Shown: piece by piece, positions 9,332-16,263 of the stretch
Position numbering within the stretch: the stretch's first letter is position 1
How the letters are laid out: each line of letters begins with the position of its first letter
Assembly: GCA_963737445.1 (NCBI GenBank)
Contig: CAVTSO010000002.1
Location: forward strand, 47,474-111,473
Reading direction: 5' to 3'
Length of the DNA: 64,000 nucleotides
From: an uncultured Actinomycetes bacterium
GTDB taxonomy: Bacteria > Actinomycetota > Thermoleophilia > Gaiellales > JAICJC01
Made by a program: the position numbers and the translations under genes
Notes under the pieces: generated by a model
The model's input: only the letters and a program-made list of their open reading frames with translations
Told to the model about the DNA's origin: nothing
The model's database searches: none

Positions 9332-9835
9332 TCAGCGGAGCTGGACGCGCTTGTTGACCGCGTCGGTCATGGCGCGCGACCAGAGGTACAGGAAGCAGAT
9401 GGCTGCGAGAAGGCCCATGGGCAGCCAGAGGGCGCCGGCACCGCCTGTGATCACGTGCCCGACCACGATCGACGCCGTGAGCAGTGTCGTGGTGCCGGCA
9501 AAGAGGAGTCCACCGGCGATCAGCAGCAGCGTCGTCATGCCGCGACCGCGGCGGCCGAGCAGCACCCGAATCGTCCCCGCGCTCAGCGCGATTCCAACCA
9601 TTGCCAGGACGACGAGCGACACAACGAGCGATGTTCCGCCCCCGCCACACCCGGCTCCCGAGCTGCTGCACGCGTCGCTGAAACCGGACAGTGCCGAAGC
9701 CAGAATCAGAAGACCCATCCCCGCCGCCGCCAGACAGCTGACGAACACCCCGCCCACGCCCGCGGCGAACATCCTTCCGAACGACGTCATCTCACCCATG
9801 CAGGTTTCTATCGGCGCGTCGAGTGTCACCCCCAA
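9332..9835 (-). CDS. hypothetical polytopic membrane protein with a Cys/Gly-rich loop
   Basis: 167-aa ORF with four hydrophobic spans and the loop SDACSSSGAGCGGGG. No family recognised. The start could also be the internal Met (MGEMTS). Confidence 0.4.
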   Translation of the reverse strand: MGVTLDAPIETCMGEMTSFGRMFAAGVGGVFVSCLAAAGMGLLILASALSGFSDACSSSGAGCGGGGTSLVVSLVVLAMVGIALSAGTIRVLLGRRGRGMTTLLLIAGGLLFAGTTTLLTASIVVGHVITGGAGALWLPMGLLAAICFLYLWSRAMTDAVNKRVQLR

Positions 9836-9908
9836 GCAAGCGGCATTCCAGCAGATCGAGTCTGTCCGGTTGATAGCAAGTTACAGAGTGGTTTCCTTTG
9901 AACTTTTG

Positions 9909-9962
9909 CGAATATGGCCTGATATACTTCGAATATGATCAAATATCTCCCAATATATCAGG
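9909..9962. repeat. AT-rich repeat cluster: CGAATATG x2 plus inverted repeat CCTGATATA / TATATCAGG
   Basis: CGAATATG at 9909-9916 and 9930-9937. Inverted-repeat arms at 9918-9926 and 9954-9962. The local composition is far more AT-rich than the flanks. Confidence 0.6.
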
Positions 9963-10121
9963 CTTCCAAGCCACCCCGCCCTCGCCGTGAGAGCGAGCGC
10001 GACTACCTGATTCGCATGGCGCGTGTGCACGACCGCGAGGAACGTCGCGGCAAGCGCCGCGGCGTCCTTCGCCGCATCATCCGCGGCCGAGCTGCCTGAC
10101 CGGCAGCCGGCTGCGGCACCG

Positions 10122-11567
10122 CTACTCCGTCGAGATGAACACGCTCTTCAGCTCGGTGTTGTGCTCGAGCGCGTGCATCCCCAGCTCCTTGCCGACGCCC
10201 GACTGCTTGTAGCCGCCGAACGGCATTTGGACGAACACGCTCGAGTTCGTGTTCACGCCCAGCACGCCGGTGCGCAGCGCCCGTGCCACCCGCAGCTGGC
10301 GGGCCCCGTCGCGCGTCCACAGCGATCCTGACAGACCGTAGGGCGTGTCGTTGGCGATCGCGATCGCCTGCTCCTCCGTGTCGAACCCGATCACGCCCAC
10401 GACCGGGCCAAAGATCTCCTCGCGGGCGACCGTCATCTGGTTGCTGACGTCCTCCAGCACGGCCGGGCGCAGGAAGAACCCCGACTCGAGGTCGCCGCCC
10501 GGCCGGTCACCGCCCGTGACGATCCGGGCTCCCTCGGCCACGCCCGTCGCGATGTAGCCCTCCACGGTGTCGCGCTGGCCGGCCGAGATCATCGGCCCCA
10601 CCTGCGTCTCGGGCAGCTCGGGCATGCCCACGCGGATCGCGGCGGTGGTGGCGGCATATCGCTCGACCAGCTCGTCCTTGACCGATCGCTGGACGATCAG
10701 GCGCGACCGCGCGCAGCAGTCCTGGCCGCAGTTCTCGAACACCGCGAACGGCGCCAGCGCGCCCACCTTCTCGATGTCGGCGTCCTCGAAGACGACGCAG
10801 GCCGACTTGCCGCCCAGCTCCAGCGTGACCCGCTTGATGGTCGCCGCCGCCGCGCGGGCGATGCCGGCGCCGACCTCCGTGGAGCCGGTGAATCCGATCT
10901 TGCCGACATCGGGATGCGCAACCAGCGCACCGCCGACCGTGCCGCCCGGGCCCGGCACCACGTTCAGGGCGCCGTCCGGAAGCCCGGCCTCGGCCGCCAG
11001 CTCCGCGTAGCGGAGCACTGACAGCGGCGTCAGGCTGGCCGGCTTCAGGACGACGGTGTTTCCGGCCGCCAGCGCCGGGGCGATCTTCCAGTTGGCGATG
11101 TTGAGCGGGAAGTTCCAGGGCGTGATCAGCCCGACCACGCCGATCGGCTCACGGAACGTCATCGCCACGCCGTCGCGCTCGACCGGAACCGTGTTGCCGA
11201 AGAACTTGTCCACGGCACCCGCGTAGTAGCGGATCACGTCGATGATCATCGACAGCTGGCCGCGTGCGTCGGAGATCGGCATGCCGACGTTCCGGCACTC
11301 CAGCAGCGCCAGCTGTTCGGCGTGCTCTTCGACCAGGTTCGCGAAGCGGTGCATCGTGCGGCCGCGCGTGACCGGCGACAGCGAGCCCCACTGCTCGTAG
11401 GCGGTGACCGCCGCGGCCACCGCGCGGTTGACGTCCTCGAGGCCGGCCTCGGCAATGGTCGCCAGGTGCGTGCCGGTGGCCGGGTTCAGCACCTCGAAGC
11501 TGCGGCCCTCGGCCGCCTCCTTGCGCTCACCCGCGATCAGCAGGCCCTCTGTGACGGTGGTGGACAT
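10122..11567 (-). CDS. NAD(P)-dependent aldehyde dehydrogenase
   Basis: 481-aa ORF with VTLELGGKSA and FENCGQDCCA catalytic motifs. Confidence 0.9.
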   Translation of the reverse strand: MSTTVTEGLLIAGERKEAAEGRSFEVLNPATGTHLATIAEAGLEDVNRAVAAAVTAYEQWGSLSPVTRGRTMHRFANLVEEHAEQLALLECRNVGMPISDARGQLSMIIDVIRYYAGAVDKFFGNTVPVERDGVAMTFREPIGVVGLITPWNFPLNIANWKIAPALAAGNTVVLKPASLTPLSVLRYAELAAEAGLPDGALNVVPGPGGTVGGALVAHPDVGKIGFTGSTEVGAGIARAAAATIKRVTLELGGKSACVVFEDADIEKVGALAPFAVFENCGQDCCARSRLIVQRSVKDELVERYAATTAAIRVGMPELPETQVGPMISAGQRDTVEGYIATGVAEGARIVTGGDRPGGDLESGFFLRPAVLEDVSNQMTVAREEIFGPVVGVIGFDTEEQAIAIANDTPYGLSGSLWTRDGARQLRVARALRTGVLGVNTNSSVFVQMPFGGYKQSGVGKELGMHALEHNTELKSVFISTE

Positions 11568-11587
11568 TGGTGCTCCTTTCCGGGCGG

Positions 11588-12979
11588 CTACATCCGCTCG
11601 AAGCCTCGGAACCGCTCCCAGTCGGTGACGGCGGCGTCGAACGTGCGCTGTTCCATCCGAGCGTAGTGCAGGTAGTGGTCCACCACGTCTGAGCCGAACG
11701 CCTCCCGCGCCATCTCCGATCCCTCAAGGAGCTCGATGGCGTCACGCAGCGAGCCGGGGATGCGGCGACGGTGCTTGGCGTCGTAGGCGTTGCCGGAGTA
11801 GGCATCCTCGAGCGGGAGCTGCTCCTCGATGCCGCGCAGGCCGGCTGCGATGATGGCCGCGAAGGCCAGGTAGGCGTTGCAGTCGGCGCCCGGCATCCGG
11901 TTCTCGAGGCGCAGGCCGTTGCCGTGCCCGACCACGCGAAAGGCGCAGGTGCGGTTGTCGGTGCCCCAAACCAGCGTGGTGGGAGCGAACGAGCCCCACG
12001 CGAAGCGCTTGTAGGAGTTGATGTTGGGCGCGAAGAAGTACGTCAGCTGCTCCGTGTAGGCCAGCTGGCCGGCGATGAAGTGGCGGAAGGTGTCGCTCAT
12101 GCCGTGCCCGTCTGCGGACGGGAACAGGCTCCCGCTCCCGTCCCAGAGGCTGCAGTGGATGTGGCACGAGTTGCCCTCGCGCTCGTCCCACTTGGCCATG
12201 AACGAGATCGAGCTCTGGTGCTGCCAGGCGATCTCGCGGGCGCCGTTCTTGTAGATGACGTGGTTGTCGGCCATCGTCAGCGCGTCGGAGTAGCGGAAGT
12301 TCACCTCGTGCTGGCCGAAGTTGCACTCGCCTTTCGAGTCCTCCACCGGGATGCCGGCACCGGTCATGCCCATGCGGATCGGCTTCAGCACGTCCTCGAC
12401 CACGGTGGTGCCGAAGATCGAGTAGTCGACGTTGTAGTGGTTGGCCGGCGTCAGGTCGTGGTAGCGCTTGGCACGGGCCTCATCGTAGCTGTCGCGGAAC
12501 AGCATGAACTCGAGCTCCGATCCGATGTTGGCCGTCCATCCGCGCTCGGCCAGCCGGTCGAGCTGGCGGCGCAAGACTTGCCGAGGCGAGGCCACGACCG
12601 GCTTTCCGTCCTGCCACTCGAGGTCGGCGATCACCAGGGCGGTGCCGGGTAGCCAGGGCAGCCGCCGGACAGTGGCCATGTCAGGGCGGAACACGAAGTC
12701 GCCGTAGCCGGTGTCCCACGAGGCCATCTCGAATCCCTGCACCGGGGTCATGTCGACGTCGACGGTGAGCAGGTAGTAGCAGCCCTCCGCGCCGTGGTCG
12801 GCGATGTCCGACATGAAGAAGGGCGCGTGTAGACGCTTGCCCATCAGCCGGCCCTGCATGTCGGTCATGACCAGCAGCACCGTGTCGATGGCGCCGTCTG
12901 CGACCTCGCTGCGTAGCTCGTCCAGTGTCACCGTTGCCGTCCCCTCGCTTCGCGGGTTCCGTGGATCCGGGCCATTCAT
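11588..12979 (-). CDS. glutamine-synthetase-family protein (gamma-glutamyl-polyamine/amine synthetase-like)
   Basis: 463-aa ORF with a GS catalytic-domain pattern (KWDEREGNSCHIHCSLWDG, NINSYKRF). Confidence 0.85.
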   Translation of the reverse strand: MNGPDPRNPRSEGTATVTLDELRSEVADGAIDTVLLVMTDMQGRLMGKRLHAPFFMSDIADHGAEGCYYLLTVDVDMTPVQGFEMASWDTGYGDFVFRPDMATVRRLPWLPGTALVIADLEWQDGKPVVASPRQVLRRQLDRLAERGWTANIGSELEFMLFRDSYDEARAKRYHDLTPANHYNVDYSIFGTTVVEDVLKPIRMGMTGAGIPVEDSKGECNFGQHEVNFRYSDALTMADNHVIYKNGAREIAWQHQSSISFMAKWDEREGNSCHIHCSLWDGSGSLFPSADGHGMSDTFRHFIAGQLAYTEQLTYFFAPNINSYKRFAWGSFAPTTLVWGTDNRTCAFRVVGHGNGLRLENRMPGADCNAYLAFAAIIAAGLRGIEEQLPLEDAYSGNAYDAKHRRRIPGSLRDAIELLEGSEMAREAFGSDVVDHYLHYARMEQRTFDAAVTDWERFRGFERM

Positions 12980-12993
12980 ATACTCCTGCTGGT

Positions 12994-13716
12994 ATGGACC
13001 GCAACCGGCCCCTGATCGGCATCACAGCCTATGAGGTGCCCGCGAGCTTCTCGCACTGGCACGACATGCCGGCCGTGATGGTGCCCGCCGCCTACGCGCA
13101 GTCGGTGGTCGCGGCCGGTGGGCTGCCGGTCGTGATCCCGCCGGTCGAGGGCACCGCCGCCCTGCTCAACCAGCTGCAGGGGCTGGTGCTGAGCGGCGGC
13201 CCCGACCTCGACGCCGGCCTCTACGGTGAGCAGCAGCACGCCGATACGCTGGGCGTGATCGCGCACCGCGATCGCGCCGAGCTGGAGCTGCTGGCGGGCG
13301 CGCTCGACCGCGATCTGCCGGTGCTCGGGATCTGCCGCGGCATGCAGCTCCTGAACGTACAGCGCGGCGGCAGCCTGCACCAGCACCTGCCCGAGATCGT
13401 GGACGGTTCGCTGCACAAGGCGGCGCCCGGCACGTTTGCGCTGCACCCCGTTGCGATGGAGCCGGGCTCGCGGTTGGAGGCGTTGCTGGGGCCGTCAGTG
13501 GAGGTGCACTCGTGCCACCATCAGGCTCCCGACCGAATCGGCGAGGGCCTGGCGGTCACGGCACGGGCACCGGACGCCGTGGTGGAGGGCGTCGAGCTGG
13601 TCGGCGCGCGGTTCTGCATCGGCGTCCTGTGGCACCCGGAGGAGCACGCCGAGCATGGCGGTCCGCTGTTCCAGGGGCTGGTGGCCGCTGCCCAGCCGGC
13701 CGCTGCCGTCAATTAG
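12994..13716 (+). CDS. class-I glutamine amidotransferase-like gamma-glutamyl hydrolase (peptidase C26, PuuD-like)
   Basis: Start MDRNRPLIGITAY (ATG 12994). Nucleophile motif GICRGMQLLNV and the His-Glu pair in LWHPEEH. Confidence 0.8.
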   Translation: MDRNRPLIGITAYEVPASFSHWHDMPAVMVPAAYAQSVVAAGGLPVVIPPVEGTAALLNQLQGLVLSGGPDLDAGLYGEQQHADTLGVIAHRDRAELELLAGALDRDLPVLGICRGMQLLNVQRGGSLHQHLPEIVDGSLHKAAPGTFALHPVAMEPGSRLEALLGPSVEVHSCHHQAPDRIGEGLAVTARAPDAVVEGVELVGARFCIGVLWHPEEHAEHGGPLFQGLVAAAQPAAAVN

Positions 13717-14084
13717 CTTCGCCGCGCCGCCCGGATCGCCTCGATCAGCTCGTCCAGCCCGACACCCTTCTTGAGGCAACTGGTGGCGCCCGCGGCCAGG
13801 GCGGCCTCGATCATCTGCGGCTCGTCGTAGGCGGAGAGCACCACCACCGGCATCGCCCACACCGACTGCGCGATCCGCTCCGTCGCCTCGATTCCGTCCA
13901 CGTTGGGCATGCGCATGTCCATCACGACAACATCCGGCGTTGTCTCCTCGGCCAATCCCACCGCCTCGGCGCCGTCGCTGGCCTCGGCCACCACCTTCAT
14001 CCCGGCCTCCGCGAGCGCGTCGCGAAGGACGCCTCGCAGCAGGGCGTTGTCCTCCGCGATCAGGATACGGATCGACTCGCTCAC
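13713..14084 (-). CDS. stand-alone receiver-domain response regulator (CheY-like)
   Basis: 123-aa ORF, GTG start, ILIAEDN...DVVVMDMRMPNVDG...VVVLSAY, no output domain. Confidence 0.8.
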   Translation of the reverse strand: MSESIRILIAEDNALLRGVLRDALAEAGMKVVAEASDGAEAVGLAEETTPDVVVMDMRMPNVDGIEATERIAQSVWAMPVVVLSAYDEPQMIEAALAAGATSCLKKGVGLDELIEAIRAARRS

Positions 14085-14094
14085 GTGGCCGCCA

Positions 14095-14124
14095 AGCCTA
14101 TGCGCTGCATATGCCGCGGTGCAA
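14095..14124 (-). promoter_or_regulatory. sigma-70-like promoter TTGCAC-18 nt-TAGGCT upstream of the stand-alone receiver gene
   Basis: The minus strand reads TTGCACcgcggcatatgcagcgcaTAGGCTtggcggccacGTG. The -10 is 10 nt from the GTG start. Confidence 0.35.
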
Positions 14125-14140
14125 CAGCGGCGCAGCTCGT

Positions 14141-14156
14141 GGAATCAACCATCTAG
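14141..14156 (+). repeat. copy of the CTAG-anchored 16-nt repeat (GGAATCAACCATCTAG)
   Basis: 14/16 identical to the copy at 23586. Its CTAG supplies the TAG stop of the minus-strand pfkB-like gene. Confidence 0.6.
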
Positions 14157-14866
14157 CCCCCATAGAGCTGCTCCACGCGTTGCTGCGCCCACGCGGCCGC
14201 CTCGGGCGGGGAGCTGCCGCCGCTCCGAGCCAGGCAGTAGAGCGCGCAGAACGAGTCTCCGGCACCGGTCGGGTCTGCGAACCGCCGGCCCGAGCCGACC
14301 AGGCGGTGCTCGGTGCCGTCGGCCGTCACCCTGCAACCTCGCTCGGCCATCGTCACCAGCAGCTCCGGCACGGTGAGCGGGCCTGATGCGCCGGCCTCGG
14401 CGTTGTTCAGCTTGAGCGCGGTCACCCCCTCCACCCACCCCGGGTCGATCGGGCCCAGGTGCACGGGGCCGATCCGGCTGCCGCGGGCCAGCCCCTGGGC
14501 GTCCAGACAGATCCTGTGGCCGGCGCCGGCCAGAAGCGCGATCGACTCGGGCGGGAAGTCGCCGCCGGTCTGGCCGCCCAGGACCACCCACTCGCACCCG
14601 CGCAACCGGGGCAGCAAGGCCGCGGTGCGATCTGCGCCGAGCGGCTCGGGCAGCGACAGGATCGACTGGCGCGTGGCCCCGGCGGTGTGGTCGAGGTAGG
14701 ACACCAGGCTGCCGGTCTCGATCGCCACCGGCTCGGCCCCGGCCGCCCGCAGCGCCCGCGCCGCGTAGAGCGGCGAACCGCCCTGCCGTCGCAGGATGCT
14801 GCCGTCGGCCTGCACGATCTGGTCGCTGGCCGTCGCACCCAGCACCCCCACCCGGATCGTGGTCAC
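14153..14866 (-). CDS. compact PfkB-family kinase
   Basis: 237-aa ORF with a GGSPLYAARALRAAG N-terminal motif and the DPTGAGDSF anion-hole/catalytic motif. GTG start overlaps the upstream stop (GTGA). Confidence 0.7.
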   Translation of the reverse strand: MTTIRVGVLGATASDQIVQADGSILRRQGGSPLYAARALRAAGAEPVAIETGSLVSYLDHTAGATRQSILSLPEPLGADRTAALLPRLRGCEWVVLGGQTGGDFPPESIALLAGAGHRICLDAQGLARGSRIGPVHLGPIDPGWVEGVTALKLNNAEAGASGPLTVPELLVTMAERGCRVTADGTEHRLVGSGRRFADPTGAGDSFCALYCLARSGGSSPPEAAAWAQQRVEQLYGG

Positions 14867-15510
14867 GGCAGCGGCGCGGTCAGCGCGACCACCGCCGGAT
14901 CCTGGCCGGTCACCTCGAGCGTGCCGCCGATCCGCACCGCCCGCTCGTGCAGCAGCAGCGCCACGGCCGGGTCGCGATCGCCGCCGCCGCGGGTCTCGAT
15001 GCGCAGCCGCAGCGAGCGATGGCCCTGGGTCAGCTCGATCGCAACGGACGTTGCTCCAGCCCGGACGGCGCTAACCGCGGTCTCCCGCGCGATCATGTAG
15101 ACGGCCGCGTCATGGGCGTTGTCGCGCGAGGATCGCTCGGCCGGCGCCGTCAGCTGCGCCGCCACGCCGTGCTCGTCCTGCAGCGTCTCGGTCAGCGCCG
15201 CGAGCGCCTGCACCAGACCGCTCTGCTCGAGCGCGACTGGATGCAGGCTGCCGCTCAGGCGCCGCAGCTCATCAGCCGCCTCCATGGCCAGCTGCTGCAG
15301 CCGCTCCAGCGTGCGCCCGGCCTGCTCGGTCTGGCCCGTCTCCAGCGCGTGCTGGGCGCCGTCGGCGAGCAGCCGGATCGCGGTCATCAGCTGCTGGGGC
15401 CCGTCGTGCAGTCGGCCTGCGATCTCCTGCCGCTCCCCGTCGATGGTGAGCAGCACGTGGTCGAGCAGGACGTCGCGGCCCTGCGGCTGTGCTCGGCGGC
15501 CCAGGCGCAT
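14863..15510 (-). CDS. sensor-less HisKA_3-type histidine-kinase-like protein with degenerate ATP-binding boxes
   Basis: 215-aa ORF with H-box ERQEIAGRLHDGPQQL. There is no TM or sensor region. Where the N, G1 and G2 boxes are expected the sequence reads ETAVSAVRAG, IETRGGGDRD and AVALLLHERA. Confidence 0.7.
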   Translation of the reverse strand: MRLGRRAQPQGRDVLLDHVLLTIDGERQEIAGRLHDGPQQLMTAIRLLADGAQHALETGQTEQAGRTLERLQQLAMEAADELRRLSGSLHPVALEQSGLVQALAALTETLQDEHGVAAQLTAPAERSSRDNAHDAAVYMIARETAVSAVRAGATSVAIELTQGHRSLRLRIETRGGGDRDPAVALLLHERAVRIGGTLEVTGQDPAVVALTAPLP

Positions 15511-15513
15511 CGG

Positions 15514-15538
15514 CTAGATGGCTGAATCGATCATCTAG
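15514..15538 (+). repeat. copy of the 16-nt repeat (TGAATCGATCATCTAG) plus an inverted half copy, forming CTAGATG-N11-CATCTAG
   Basis: 15/16 identical to the copy at 23586. It occupies the whole 24-nt gap between the NarL-like response regulator and the kinase-like gene. Confidence 0.6.
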
Positions 15539-16203
15539 TCGATCAGCGCGTAGCGGAGCGCAAGGGCCACGGCCTGCGTGCGGGTGTCGGCCTCGAGCTT
15601 GGTCATGGCGTTGCGGACGTGCGTGCGCACGGTCTCGGGGCTGATGAACAGGCGCGATGCGATCTCCGGGTTCGAGAACCCGTTGGCAAGCAGGCCCAGG
15701 ATCTCACGCTCCCGTGTTGACAACGCCGGCAGACGCTCCGTTGCCTTCGGTGACACCAGCTCCGACGCGAGGGTCGGGTCGACGTAGGCACCGCCCTCGG
15801 CCACGCGCTTGACGGCGCGCACGATGTCGTCGGGCGGCGCATCCTTCAGCACGTACCCGCGGGCACCGCAGTCGAGCCCTTCGGCCAGCAGCCCGCGCTC
15901 GCCGAACGCGGTGTAGAGGATCACGGCCATGCCCGGATGCGCGGCCGTGATCCGGCGCGTGGCCTCGAATCCGTCCATACCGCGCATCCGCACGTCCATC
16001 AGGATCACATCGGGCCGCCGGCGGTCGGCCATCTCGATTGCGGCGTCGCCGTTCGAGCTCTCGCCGATCACGGCGATCTCGCGATCACGGGCGAGTATCA
16101 TCTTGACTCCCTCGCGCACCGCCGCGTGGTCGTCAACCACGAGCACCCGCACCTGCTCGGTCCCACGTGCGTTGGCCTTCTCCGCTTCCTGGCTGGAGCT
16201 CAT
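15535..16203 (-). CDS. NarL/LuxR-family response regulator
   Basis: Receiver domain (VLVVDDH...DVILMDVRMRGMDG) plus LuxR HTH (LSTREREILGLLANGFSNPEIASRLFISPETVRTHVRNAMTKL). Confidence 0.9.
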   Translation of the reverse strand: MSSSQEAEKANARGTEQVRVLVVDDHAAVREGVKMILARDREIAVIGESSNGDAAIEMADRRRPDVILMDVRMRGMDGFEATRRITAAHPGMAVILYTAFGERGLLAEGLDCGARGYVLKDAPPDDIVRAVKRVAEGGAYVDPTLASELVSPKATERLPALSTREREILGLLANGFSNPEIASRLFISPETVRTHVRNAMTKLEADTRTQAVALALRYALID

Positions 16204-16250
16204 GGCCCTCCGTACTGTATCCCCGGGGAACGATTGGAAACAGCCTTGCG

Positions 16251-16256
16251 TACAAT
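16251..16256 (+). promoter_or_regulatory. -10-like TACAAT 7 nt upstream of the CDF ATG (leaderless-type promoter)
   Basis: TACAATcgcccccATG. No SD sequence possible. Confidence 0.5.
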
Positions 16257-16263
16257 CGCCCCC

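Noticed and set aside
10016-10099. 27-codon Arg-rich ORF (MARVHDREERRGKRRGVLRRIIRGRAA) between the AT-rich patch and the aldehyde dehydrogenase stop.
   Set aside because: Too short, with no SD sequence or convincing -10 hexamer at the right distance and no recognisable family. GC-rich sequence readily yields such ORFs.
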